Positions 9,857 to 19,085 of a stretch of DNA of 64,000 nucleotides are shown in pieces. Source of the DNA: Armatimonadota bacterium (GTDB taxonomy: Bacteria; Armatimonadota; SYMT01); the NCBI GenBank assembly GCA_046292385.1, contig JBKBRF010000004.1, positions 224,001 through 288,000 of the forward strand. Reading direction: 5' to 3'. Position 1 is the stretch's first letter. Each line of letters begins with the position of its first letter. A program made the translations under genes and the position numbers. The notes below the pieces were generated by a model. The model had not been told where the DNA came from. It did no database searches and was given only the letters and a program-made list of their open reading frames with translations.

Positions 9857-10540
9857 ATGCCGTCACCGATTCAGGAGCTGCTGGGGCTCAAGTTTCCCCC
9901 TGTCGCCGTCTCGTTCCGACCGGAGGCACCCGCCGGGATCGAGCGGGTGGACCAGCCGGCCTGCGCGGGCTGCTCGTACTGGCGGCTCGCAGCGGAAGGG
10001 AGGGTCTTCTACACCGAAGCCCCGGACCACTACGGCTGTCCGGTCGGCGCGCACACCCACGGCATCCCGCTCCCGCCGCAGCAGGCAGAGGAGCTGGCGG
10101 AGCTGGCCCGGATCATGACCGGCCTGGAGTACGTGACGGAAGCGGAGGTCCAGGCGATGCCGTCGCGCTCCCAGCCGTTCGGCGTGGCGGTCTACGCACC
10201 GCTCGACCGCGCAACCGAGACCCCGGACCTGCTCCTCGTCCGCGGCACCGCGCGCCAGATCATGCTGCTCACCGAGGCGGCACAGGCCGCCGGGGTGGCG
10301 CCGGAGCGCCCCGCGCTCGGCCGTCCGGCTTGCGTCCTCGTCCCGCTCACGCTGGACGGCAGCACCACGGCCACCAGCCTCGGCTGCATCGGCAACCGGG
10401 TCTACACCGGGCTGCAGGACGACGAGCTCTATTTCGCGCTCCCCGGCAGCGCCATCGACGCGGTAACGGAGCGACTGCCGCGCATCGTCGGCGCCAACCA
10501 GGAGCTGGAGAAGTTCCACCGGGCCCGGCAGGGAGCCTGA
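9857..10540 (+). CDS. DUF169-family protein
   Basis: Motifs LGLKFPPVAV, CAGC, HYGCPVG, PDLLLV, PAC and SLGCIGNRVYTGL..DELYFALP match the DUF169 pattern; GAGGA RBS. Confidence 0.85.
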   Translation: MPSPIQELLGLKFPPVAVSFRPEAPAGIERVDQPACAGCSYWRLAAEGRVFYTEAPDHYGCPVGAHTHGIPLPPQQAEELAELARIMTGLEYVTEAEVQAMPSRSQPFGVAVYAPLDRATETPDLLLVRGTARQIMLLTEAAQAAGVAPERPALGRPACVLVPLTLDGSTTATSLGCIGNRVYTGLQDDELYFALPGSAIDAVTERLPRIVGANQELEKFHRARQGA

Positions 10541-10542
10541 TA

Positions 10543-10631
10543 AAGGCTAAAGGCAGAAGGCTAAAGGCAAAAGGTCCGAACCCTTCGTGTACGGGAGGTC
10601 CTGCTCCTGCTCTTACTCTTGCTCCTGCTCG
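10543..10631. repeat. AAGGC(T/A)(A/G) heptamer array, CCGAACCCTTCG spacer and TGCTCC-like hexamer array
   Basis: Read directly; the same composite recurs at 27826-27940. Confidence 0.65.
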
Positions 10632-10822
10632 CTGGCGACCCGCGATAGTCCGGCGCGTCCGCGTGAACTCGCACTACAAACGGTATCTACAGGCAAAAGG
10701 ATGAACGCTGAACCCCCGACTTCCGGCTGCACTCCCGGCGGTGTCCGGCGTCCGGTAGGAGCCCGGGACGGAGGCTGCTCAGCGCGGACGCCTATTCCCT
10801 CGCGCCGTTGGGAGTGTGCGTC

Positions 10823-12295
10823 TTGACCGGAAGTCAGCAGCCGAGCTTGCGGGCGGCGGGGGGGGTGCTGCTGGTCTCGTTGTATGAGCTGGGCCACCAG
10901 CCGGCGGGGCTCGCCTTTCCCCTGGCGGCGCTGGAGCAAGCCGGGTTCTCGCCGCGAGCGCTCGATCTCTCCGTGGAGGAGCTCGACCCGGAAGCGGTGC
11001 GCGGCGCCGGGTTGATTGCCGTCTCGGTGCCGATGCATACCGCGATGCGGATCGGCGCGGCGGTCGCCGGGCGGATCCGGGCGCTCAACCCGGGAGCGCA
11101 CCTCTGCTTCTACGGACTCTATGCGGTGCTGAATGCCGGCCACCTCCTGGCGACCGCCGACTCGGTGCTCGGCGGCGAGATCGAGCCGGCGCTGGTGACG
11201 CTCGCGGAGGCGTTGGAGCAGGGGGAGCGGGGGCCGATCGAGGGCGTCACGTTTCGTGAGAAGTGGCAGGCAGCCGGCGCCACCGGCACCGCGCCCGCCG
11301 TGCTGCGCCGCGTGGAGCTGCCGGTGCCGAGCCGGGACCACCTGCCGCCCCTGGAGCGGTACGCCCGGCTCGACTACCGGGGCGAGCTGCGGCTGGCGGG
11401 GTACACGGAGGCGACCCGCGGCTGCAAGCACCACTGCCGCCACTGCCCGATCCCGCCGGTCTACGGCGGCCGCTTCTTCGCGGTGCCGGCGGAGACGGTG
11501 CTGGGAGACATACGCCGGCAGGTGACCGCGGGCGCGCGCCACGTCACCTTTGGCGACCCGGACTTCCTGAACGGCCCCACCCACGCGCTCCGGATCGCGC
11601 GAGCGCTCCACGCGGCGCATCCGGAGGTGACGTTCGACTTCACCGCCAAGGTGGAGCACCTCCTGGCACAGGAGACGCTGCTGCCGGAGCTCGCCTCGCT
11701 CGGCTGCCTCTTCATCGTCTCGGCGGTCGAGTCGGTCTCCGAGGATGTGCTGGCGCGGCTGCGGAAGCGCCACACCCGCGCCGACGTGGCCCGGGCCGCG
11801 GCCGCAGCGCGCCGGGCCGGAATCGCGCTGCGGCCGTCGCTGATGCCGTTCACCCCCTGGGCCGGGCTGGACGACTACCTCGACCTGCTCCGGTTCAGCG
11901 TGGAGCACGAGCTGGTCGACTCGCTCGACCCGGTGCAATTCAGCATCCGGCTGCTCGTGCCGCCTGGCTCGCTGCTGCTGGAAGGCGGCGACATGGACCC
12001 GTATCTGGGACCGCTCGACGCCGCGGCATTCAGCTACACGTGGACGCACCCCGACCCGCGGATGGACGCGCTCCACCAGGAAGTGGCGGCCCGGGTGGAG
12101 CGCGCCGCGCAGGCCGGAGAGCCCCCGCGGGAGACGTTCCGCGCTATCTGGTCCGCCGCGCACCGGGCTGCCGGCCTCCCTGACGTCGATCCGAAGCTGC
12201 CGCCGGAGCCGGACGTGAAGCCGCCGCGGCTGACGGAGGCCTGGTTCTGCTGAGCAGAGCCGACCGCGGGCCAGTTGGCCCGCTCTGCGGCGTAA
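10823..12295 (+). CDS. B12-binding-domain radical SAM protein with C-U-A-E-P tail; predicted selenoprotein (UGA 12251-12253 = Sec)
   Basis: CxxxCxxC motif (GCKHHCRHC) and N-terminal cobalamin-binding-like domain. The ORF-track stop after WFC is TGA, followed in frame by AEPTAGQLARSAA and TAA at 12293-12295, matching the CUAEP/CCAEP-tail radical SAM family. Start TTG 10823 after GGAG (alternative 10808). Confidence 0.88.
12254..12288 (+). promoter_or_regulatory. Bacterial SECIS-like hairpin after the UGA of the radical SAM gene
   Basis: Upper stem GCGGGCC (12266-72), loop AGTT, GGCCCGC (12277-83); lower stem GCAGA/TCTGC; loop begins 20 nt after the UGA. Confidence 0.75.
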
Positions 12296-12390
12296 GATGC
12301 GCCCCGCGCATCCGTCCGGCGCCACCCTTACGCTGCCAGGGTGCGCGCCTGCGTTTCGCCCTGCCAGGCCCACCGCGTCGGTGAACCTCG

Positions 12391-14028
12391 TCAATTCGGC
12401 TTCTGCTCGTTCGGTTTCAGGTCCTCGCGAACTCCCGACTCGACGCTTGACGGTTCACCGTCGGCGGAGATGTGGAAGACGTGGCGAACGAATGCCGGCG
12501 TCTTTTCCACGAAGATCCGTACCCGCAGTCGATCCAGTGGAAGCTGATTGGCCAGCCCCGCCAGGCGGCTCGGATCCTCGGCGGCCAGTGCTCCCCGCGC
12601 TCGCGCGTTCGTTCGTGCTACCGAGATTCCGGCCGCAGACCCCGCCTGGCGAAGCTCGGCCGCGCTGAGAGCGTCACGCCAGGCCAGGAACGCCCGGCGT
12701 GCACGGGCGCCGGCGAGCACGACGGGGAACTCCGCGTCAATCAATTGTGCCTGAAGATCGTTCAGACGGGACATTTCCAACAACTCGTCCCAGCCCAGAT
12801 GCCCGTCCCGAGTCCGCACTTCGCGCCAGCGTCGGTGTTGCGTAGCGGGGACTTCACCCAGATCATCGAACGCGAAGCGCCGGTTACGCCAGCGGAGGAC
12901 CAGTCGATCATCATCCACGGCGCACCGATACGCACTCTGCTCCGCGAGCTCAAGCAGTAGGTCTTTCAGAGTCGCAGCGGAAGCCGGGGAGAGCGGCGGG
13001 ACAGGCTTGCGGTGGTAGTAATCGGATGTGAGCGAGCGCCCCAGGACGCGGGCGAGGGAGATCTGGACATCCGCGAGCTCTCGCCAGGAGGGGCGTTCCT
13101 TCTGTAGTTGGCCAGACTGTGCTTCCGTCAGCGTGCCCAGCGCCTCAAGGTTCCCGGATATGGGGTCCTCGGCCGGCTCGCTGAAGCCGAGGGCGGCGAA
13201 TGGGCCACCATTGGAGAAATTCACCCGATTAATGGTGATGCTCGTACCCAGGCGCCACTTGCCCAACGCAGGCTCCAGACGCAGAAACACTCCAATCTCC
13301 GCACTGTCGAGCGCCCCTCGCACTCCATCGCCTCCGAAACGACTAACAAGCAGGGTTTCGAATTGCTGCTTGGCTGGCTCGCTCCATTGAGCCCATGGAC
13401 CCTTCAACTCACCTCCACGAGCCAGATGGTCGAGTTGCTGTGGCGGGAATGTGCCGAGAAGTTGCCCGAGCGGGCGACCCTGCGCCTCCCATTGCTGCGG
13501 AGTCCGGAAGTAAAAGTCAAGCTGTTCGTCCCCCGTGGGTTGTGGGGCTTCGTTCGGATGTGCGCGCGCAAGTCGTATCAAGCGATCCATCCCCGCGCGA
13601 ATACGTGCCGTATCTCGCTCGACCAGCCGCGCGAACTCGTTTCTGGCACGCGGATCCTGCCAGAGCAGGAACTCCGCTTCCCTCGGACGATCCCGCCTCC
13701 ATCTCACGGGGAAGTCGCGCCGGCTCCAAAGCTGCTCCAGGTCGAGCATCGCTTCCCGGGCGGGCCGCTCCTTCCAGAGCACGGTCACATACAGGTCCCG
13801 CAGGTGCTCAACCGCGCCGAATCGCTTGCCGGTAACCTCGGATAGCTTCGCGAGCACCTCGTCCAGCGGGAGTGCCTTGCCCTCCAGGTTGATCTTGGCC
13901 GCCGGCCACTCGCGGGGCACAGAGCCAGCATTACGAGCTTGCTTTGTGCTGGAATCGGCAAGTCCGGCCCCGGTGACAAGGCAGATCAACGCCAGGCAAC
14001 CTGCCGTGAACGCTCGGATATCGAACAT
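12391..14028 (-). CDS. Hypothetical exported protein with an STN-like N-terminal domain
   Basis: Signal-peptide-like N-terminus; INLEGKALPLDEVLAKLSEVTG resembles a secretin/TonB short N-terminal domain; GAGGAGG RBS; atypical codon usage. Confidence 0.7.
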   Translation of the reverse strand: MFDIRAFTAGCLALICLVTGAGLADSSTKQARNAGSVPREWPAAKINLEGKALPLDEVLAKLSEVTGKRFGAVEHLRDLYVTVLWKERPAREAMLDLEQLWSRRDFPVRWRRDRPREAEFLLWQDPRARNEFARLVERDTARIRAGMDRLIRLARAHPNEAPQPTGDEQLDFYFRTPQQWEAQGRPLGQLLGTFPPQQLDHLARGGELKGPWAQWSEPAKQQFETLLVSRFGGDGVRGALDSAEIGVFLRLEPALGKWRLGTSITINRVNFSNGGPFAALGFSEPAEDPISGNLEALGTLTEAQSGQLQKERPSWRELADVQISLARVLGRSLTSDYYHRKPVPPLSPASAATLKDLLLELAEQSAYRCAVDDDRLVLRWRNRRFAFDDLGEVPATQHRRWREVRTRDGHLGWDELLEMSRLNDLQAQLIDAEFPVVLAGARARRAFLAWRDALSAAELRQAGSAAGISVARTNARARGALAAEDPSRLAGLANQLPLDRLRVRIFVEKTPAFVRHVFHISADGEPSSVESGVREDLKPNEQKPN

Positions 14029-14113
14029 GCTGCCTCCTCGTCGGGTTCTGCGGGTCCGAAGAAGCGGCGCTACCGCGCCAGCGTCTTCGGACCCGTGCGT
14101 GCTGATCCGCGGG

Positions 14114-14650
14114 TTACGGATTGATAATGCTGAAGTTCACCGAATCGCGGACGTAGACCGGCATGTCAGGAGAGGTGAAATCCTGACACCATATCTCCAT
14201 CGACGTGTGCGAGGTATGTCCCCCCGCAGATACCGAGCGGTTTCCGGAGAGCTGGGTGGATGAGACCGTAAAGTAGTCAACTACTCCGCCTTGCAGCACG
14301 TAGGGCGTGGGAGGGAATCCGGTTGTACCCAGTGCATCCACCATGTTCGAAGTGTTGTCGACATACAGCCGCGCCAACACATCCCAGTAGGTGTCTGTCC
14401 ACCAGTTGCCATCGGACAGCACGCCCCCACTGATTGTACCTGCGAAAGCAATATTCATGGACGACGCTCCGCCCGTATGAAATGGATCACCACCTGCGGC
14501 GGGGGTATCGTTTGTGGCGTCTACCGTAATGTAGAAGCCGTTGATGCCCTTGCTGTTGTTCGCAGCTTGGACCGGCGAAACGAGCAGGAGCGTGCCGACC
14601 AGGATGCCCAAGTAGCCAAATGTCCGTAGCATCTTCATCAATCTCCCCAT
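14114..14650 (-). CDS. Hypothetical secreted beta-rich protein
   Basis: Signal peptide ending VQA-A; Ser/Thr/Gly/Asn-rich mature part; AT-richer DNA; start uncertain (14650 or 14671). Confidence 0.7.
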   Translation of the reverse strand: MGRLMKMLRTFGYLGILVGTLLLVSPVQAANNSKGINGFYITVDATNDTPAAGGDPFHTGGASSMNIAFAGTISGGVLSDGNWWTDTYWDVLARLYVDNTSNMVDALGTTGFPPTPYVLQGGVVDYFTVSSTQLSGNRSVSAGGHTSHTSMEIWCQDFTSPDMPVYVRDSVNFSIINP

Positions 14651-14888
14651 AAGAAGCTCTCCAGAATTCAAATTCGCGCTGGAGACACAAACAAGTTAGC
14701 TCCCCCCCCCATATTCCTCTTCTCTCCCGAAAGAATCTTGTCGCACTCATTTGGAGAGCATGGACATGTGAACTCCGGATAGACTCGGAGACACTGTGTC
14801 GTCCGTGCTTGTCGATTCCTACCGGGTGGGAAAGAATAGGGGAGAGAACCCCTTCGGCCGGGTCCCTGGTCGAGGACAGGAGAGAGTT

Positions 14889-15551
14889 ATGGTAGGAGAA
14901 GAGCAGCGCGACGCGGCCGCCGCGGCGCCGGATGCGAGCGACGAGATCCTGAAGATCAGCGAGGTGGCGGCCACCAAGATCCTGGACGTGATGCGCTCCC
15001 AGGACCCGCCGGTCTTCACGCTGCGGGTCTCCTCCCCGGCGCGCGGCAAGTACGCGATGAACCTGGAGCCGGAAGGCACCCCGGCGGCGGACGACACGAC
15101 GCTGGAGTACGACGGCTTTCAGGTCTACGTCGATTCCGACAGCCTGGAAGCGGTGCGGGGCGCCAGCCTCGACTTCGTGATGACGCCGACCGGCGGCGGC
15201 TTCCAGTTCACCAACCCGAACGACGCCCCGCGCGGTGGCGCTCCGCAGCGCAAGGAAGCCCCGGAAGGACCGGAAGGCGACGTCTGGCGCCAGATCCAGC
15301 AGGTGCTGGAAGCCGAGGTGAACCCGGCGGTCGCCTCCCACGGCGGGCGGATCGACCTGATCGAATACAAAGAAGGGATCGCCTACGTCCAGATGAGCGG
15401 CGGCTGCCAGGGCTGCGGCATGGCGGCGATGACCCTGAAGCAGGGCGTGGAGCAGATCCTGCGCTCGCACGTGCCGGAGATCGACGAGATCCTCGACGTG
15501 ACCGACCACGCCGGCGGCCGCAACCCGTACTACGCTTCGTCCACCAAGTAA
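14889..15551 (+). CDS. nfuA: NfuA-type Fe-S carrier (degenerate HesB/A-type domain plus NifU C-terminal domain)
   Basis: N-terminal domain VYVDSDS..GASLDF..GGFQFTNPN lacks Cys; C-terminal VNPAVASHGG and MSGGCQGC..TLKQGVE; VTDH. Confidence 0.88.
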   Translation: MVGEEQRDAAAAAPDASDEILKISEVAATKILDVMRSQDPPVFTLRVSSPARGKYAMNLEPEGTPAADDTTLEYDGFQVYVDSDSLEAVRGASLDFVMTPTGGGFQFTNPNDAPRGGAPQRKEAPEGPEGDVWRQIQQVLEAEVNPAVASHGGRIDLIEYKEGIAYVQMSGGCQGCGMAAMTLKQGVEQILRSHVPEIDEILDVTDHAGGRNPYYASSTK

Positions 15552-15557
15552 AGCGCG

Positions 15558-16808
15558 ATGCCCCGGCTGCTGCTGCTCGTCCCGAACACCTCTTACCGCG
15601 CGGAGGAGTTTGGGACGGCGGCGCGCCGGCTCGGGATCGAGGTCAGCGTCGCTTCCGAGCGCGCCAGCAGCCTGGCCGGGCAGCGGCCCGCCGACCTCCT
15701 GGCGCTCGACTTCGCCCGGCCGGAAGTCGCGGTCCGGCAGGCCCGGCGCTTCCACTCCCGCTATCCGGTCGACGCGGTCCTCGGCGTAGACGATGCCACG
15801 GTCGAGGCGGCGGCCCACGTCGCGGCGGCGCTCGGCCTGCCGCACAACCCGCCGGAGGCGGTGGCCCGCGCCCGCAGCAAGCTCCGCACCCGGGAGGCGC
15901 TCCGCGAGGCGGGGACGCCGGTGCCCTGGTTCCGCTGCTACTCCCGAGGGGCCCAGCCGGACGGTTTCGCGGAGGAGGTGCCGTATCCGTGCGTGCTGAA
16001 GCCGCTCGGGCTCTCCGGCGGCCAGGGCGTGATCCGCGCCGATGACCCGCGGGAGCTCGCCGCCGCCTTCGAGCGGGTGGGGCGGATCCTCGACCGCGCC
16101 GCGCCGCAGGGGGCGGAGGCCGGATCGATCCTGATCGAGAGCTTCATCCCGGGACGGGAGGTCGCGCTCGACGGGCTCCTCACCGCTGGCGAGCTTCAGG
16201 TGCTCTGCCTCTGGGATAAGCCCGACCCGTTAGACGGTCCTTACTTCGAGGAGACGATCTACGTCACGCCGTCGCGTCTACCCGAGGCCGCGACGGCGGA
16301 GATCGTGAGCCGGGTCCGAGAGGCGGCGCGGGTCCTCGGGCTGCGAGAGGGGCCGGTCCACGCGGAGCTGCGGGTCAACGACGAAGGGGCCTGGCTGCTG
16401 GAGCTGAACCCGCGCTCGATCGGCGGCAAGTGCAGCCGTGCCCTGCGGTTTGGGGCAGGGCTCTCCCTGGAGGAGCTGATCCTGCGGCACGCGCTGCGGA
16501 TGGAGATCCCGAGCCTGGAGCGGGAGCGGGCTGCCGCGGGGGTGATGATGCTGCCGATTCCCCGGGCCGGCGTGCTGGAAGAGGTCCGCGGGGAAGACGA
16601 GGCGCTGGCGGTGTTCGGCATCCGGGAGCTGATCCTTTCCGCGCACCCCGGGCAGGAGCTGGTGCCGCTGCCGGAGGGCTCCGCCTACCTCGGCTTCCTC
16701 TTCGCGCGCGGCGCTTCGCCGACAGCCGTGGAGACTGCCCTGCGCGAGGCCCACTCGCGCCTGGAAGTGGTGGTGCGGCCGGTCGCCGAAGCAGGTCAGC
16801 CGCGTTGA
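15558..16808 (+). CDS. ATP-grasp domain protein (carboxylate-amine ligase-like)
   Basis: Motifs YPCVLKPLGLSGGQGV, ESFIPGREV, GPVHAELRV and LELNPRSIGG. Confidence 0.88.
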   Translation: MPRLLLLVPNTSYRAEEFGTAARRLGIEVSVASERASSLAGQRPADLLALDFARPEVAVRQARRFHSRYPVDAVLGVDDATVEAAAHVAAALGLPHNPPEAVARARSKLRTREALREAGTPVPWFRCYSRGAQPDGFAEEVPYPCVLKPLGLSGGQGVIRADDPRELAAAFERVGRILDRAAPQGAEAGSILIESFIPGREVALDGLLTAGELQVLCLWDKPDPLDGPYFEETIYVTPSRLPEAATAEIVSRVREAARVLGLREGPVHAELRVNDEGAWLLELNPRSIGGKCSRALRFGAGLSLEELILRHALRMEIPSLERERAAAGVMMLPIPRAGVLEEVRGEDEALAVFGIRELILSAHPGQELVPLPEGSAYLGFLFARGASPTAVETALREAHSRLEVVVRPVAEAGQPR

Positions 16809-16834
16809 CCGGTTGAACGGTCGCTCAGTATAAT
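16805..16834 (+). promoter_or_regulatory. Putative sigma70 promoter for the sugar-binding protein gene
   Basis: TTGACC (16805-10), 18 nt spacer, TATAAT (16829-34). Confidence 0.55.
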
Positions 16835-16899
16835 CGCTCGCACCTCTGACGGTTTTGCTTGCGCGAGACGCCGGATGGACGGCGTCTCGGAGGAACCCC

Positions 16900-17952
16900 A
16901 TGCGTCGTTCTCTCTCCCTCGCCGCGCTGCTCTTCGCGGGCGCACTCACTCTCTCCGCCTGCACCCCGCCGGAACAGTCCGGGAGCGGCGGTGCGAATGC
17001 CACTGGCGCTGCGGCCAACGGCTCCGGGTCGTCCGAAACGATCACGCTTGGCATGATGCCGAAGCAGAAGGGCATCGACTACTTCAACGCCTGCGAGCAG
17101 GGCGCCCAGGAAGCCGCCAGGGATCTGGGCGACGTGAACCTGGAGTACGACGGCCCGGTGCGCGACGAGTCCGAGCTGCAGAGCCAGAAGCTCGACACCT
17201 GGATCACCCGGAACCTCGACGCGGTGGCGGTCGCCTGCAACGACCCGAACCAGATCTCCACCTCCCTGGCGCGCGCCCGCGACAAGGGGATGACCGCGAT
17301 CACCTGGGATGCCGATGCCAACCCGGAGCAGTCGAAGCGGCAGTTCTTCGTGAACCAGGTCGACTCCCTGGCGCTCTCCCACGCGCTGGTCGACCAGATG
17401 GCGGAGCAGGCGGGTGAAGACGCGCAGGTGGCGGTGGTCAGCTCCTCTCCCACGGCGCCGAACCAGTCGGCGTGGCTGAAGGAGATGGAGACCTACATGA
17501 AGTCGAAGTACCCGCAGATGAAGGTGGTCGACACCAAGTACGCGGGTGAGAACCAGGTGAAGTCGGAAGAAGAGGCCGGCAACCTGCTGAAGGCCTACCC
17601 GGAGCTCGACGGCATCTGGGGCATGACCTCCGTGGCGTTCCCCGGGGCCGCCAGCGCGGTGAAGAAGGCGGGCAAGTCCGGCCAGGTGGCGGTGATCGGC
17701 CTCGGCACGCCGAAGGCGATGAGCGGGTTCGTAAAGGATGGCGTGGTGAAGACCGTCACGCTCTGGAACCCGGTCGACCTCGGCTACCTGACCGTGCACG
17801 TGGCGCGCGCGGTCGCGAAGGGAGAGCTGAAGCCGGGCGCCACCAGCTTCACGGCGGGTCGGCTGGGCGAGGTGAAGGTCGACGGCGACATGGTGCTCCT
17901 CGGCAAGCCGATGGTCTTTGACGCCAAGACCATCGACGACTACCAGTTCTGA
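16900..17952 (+). CDS. Sugar ABC transporter substrate-binding lipoprotein (RhaS/LsrB-like)
   Basis: Lipobox LSAC; motifs MPKQKGIDYF, ITWDAD, SSSPTAPNQ..W and LWNPVDLGY. Confidence 0.88.
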   Translation: MRRSLSLAALLFAGALTLSACTPPEQSGSGGANATGAAANGSGSSETITLGMMPKQKGIDYFNACEQGAQEAARDLGDVNLEYDGPVRDESELQSQKLDTWITRNLDAVAVACNDPNQISTSLARARDKGMTAITWDADANPEQSKRQFFVNQVDSLALSHALVDQMAEQAGEDAQVAVVSSSPTAPNQSAWLKEMETYMKSKYPQMKVVDTKYAGENQVKSEEEAGNLLKAYPELDGIWGMTSVAFPGAASAVKKAGKSGQVAVIGLGTPKAMSGFVKDGVVKTVTLWNPVDLGYLTVHVARAVAKGELKPGATSFTAGRLGEVKVDGDMVLLGKPMVFDAKTIDDYQF

Positions 17953-17970
17953 TTCGAGCCCGGACTTTCA

Positions 17971-18032
17971 GGGGATGGGGGGATGGGGAGGGAGATGGGG
18001 GGATGACCCCATCCTTTCTCTGTCCCTCTTTC
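17971..18032. repeat. G-rich/C-rich short tandem repeat tract
   Basis: GGGGATGG/GGGAGATGG-like units followed by a pyrimidine arm CCCCATCCTTTCTCTGTCCCTC. Confidence 0.45.
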
Positions 18033-18062
18033 CGTTTCGGAGCTTCTTCCGTAGGTGTGGCC

Positions 18063-18665
18063 ATGACTTCAACGCGATTACGCTGTTTCTTCACCGAGCT
18101 TTGCCAGGTGGCGCTCGGCGTGACGCTGTGCGCGGCAGTGCTGGCGGGGTGCGGCGGCGGGCGGTCCAATCCGGCGGTGAACGGACCGGCGCGGCTCCCG
18201 GAGGCGCCGCAGGCTCCTACGATCACGGCCACTTCCGCGGGGCCGCTGCGGCTCGGGATGCCGGCGGAGGAGGTCCAGAGGCTGCCGAACTACACGGTCG
18301 ACCGCCTGACCCAGAAGCTGGAGGGGTTCTCCACTCCGGCGCTGCGGGTGGCGCAGTTCGGGACCAACCAGGCGCTGGTGGAGCTGCAGAACGAGCAGGC
18401 CTGGCGCATCGCGGTCCTGACGGAGACCTGGCGCACCGCGGAAGGCGCGCGGGTCGGGATGACGGCCGCGGAGCTGGAGAAGATCTACGGTCCCGGGACC
18501 GTCGCCGCGGGAGAGGGAAACGTCTGCGCCCTCTTCGAGCGCGCTCCCGGCCTCAGCTTCTGCTTCGAGGCCGCGGATGAGCTGCAGGGGCTCGGCTCCG
18601 GCGATTGGGCGAATCTGCGCGAGCGCAACCCGAGGGTGCGGCGGATTCTGGTGGTGGGGGAGTAA
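18063..18665 (+). CDS. Hypothetical lipoprotein
   Basis: Lipobox LAGC; internal repeat LRLGMPAEEV / ARVGMTAAELEKIYG. Confidence 0.7.
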   Translation: MTSTRLRCFFTELCQVALGVTLCAAVLAGCGGGRSNPAVNGPARLPEAPQAPTITATSAGPLRLGMPAEEVQRLPNYTVDRLTQKLEGFSTPALRVAQFGTNQALVELQNEQAWRIAVLTETWRTAEGARVGMTAAELEKIYGPGTVAAGEGNVCALFERAPGLSFCFEAADELQGLGSGDWANLRERNPRVRRILVVGE

Positions 18666-18678
18666 TCCGGCATGATCT

Positions 18679-18840
18679 CCGGGAGTTGACTCCCGGCAAT
18701 CTCTTTGCGATGCGCCCCGTCCTGATCTCCGGGAGTTGACTCCCGGAGTGCCGAAGCGCGGGCAGTTGACTGCCCGCTCCGGTTGAGTCAGGATGCGCAG
18801 TGAACTGCGCCGGTTGGTTCTGCCGGGAGTCAACTCCCGG
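18679..18840. repeat. Cluster of five REP-like palindromes between convergent genes
   Basis: CCGGGAGTTGACTCCCGG at 18679 and 18729; GCGGGCAGTTGACTGCCCGC at 18758; GCGCAGTGAACTGCGC at 18795; inverted CCGGGAGTCAACTCCCGG at 18823. Confidence 0.8.
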
Positions 18841-18875
18841 CAATCCTCTCCCGGCGGGTCCCACCAACTCGCCCG

Positions 18876-19085
18876 CTACTTCCGGTCCTTATACTCCTCC
18901 AGCCAGGCCATCTGGATCGCCTCCAGCTTGCCTTCGTTGGAGGCCTTCGGATCGTCGCCGAAGCTCTCCAGCTCGGTGACCCAGCGGTGCAGGTCGGTGA
19001 AGCGGACCGTGAGGGGATCGGTGTCGGGGTACTTCTCCGCCAGCTCGATGCCGAGATCTTCCGCGTCGTTCCAGCTCAGCTTCAT
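18876..19085 (-). CDS. iscX: Fe-S cluster assembly protein IscX
   Basis: MKLSWNDAEDLGIELAEKYPDTDPLTVRFTDLHRWV..DDPKASNEGKLEAIQMAW; C-terminal 69 aa of ORF 18876..19817; start overlaps the upstream stop. Confidence 0.95.
   Translation of the reverse strand: MKLSWNDAEDLGIELAEKYPDTDPLTVRFTDLHRWVTELESFGDDPKASNEGKLEAIQMAWLEEYKDRK

Noticed and set aside
10538..10543. Sec read-through at the DUF169 TGA
   Set aside because: TGA is followed immediately by TAA, with no Cys-motif context.
18679..18840. Possible CRISPR array (two repeats 50 bp apart)
   Set aside because: Units are short palindromes that vary in sequence, spacing and orientation; there are no unique spacers of constant length and no cas genes.
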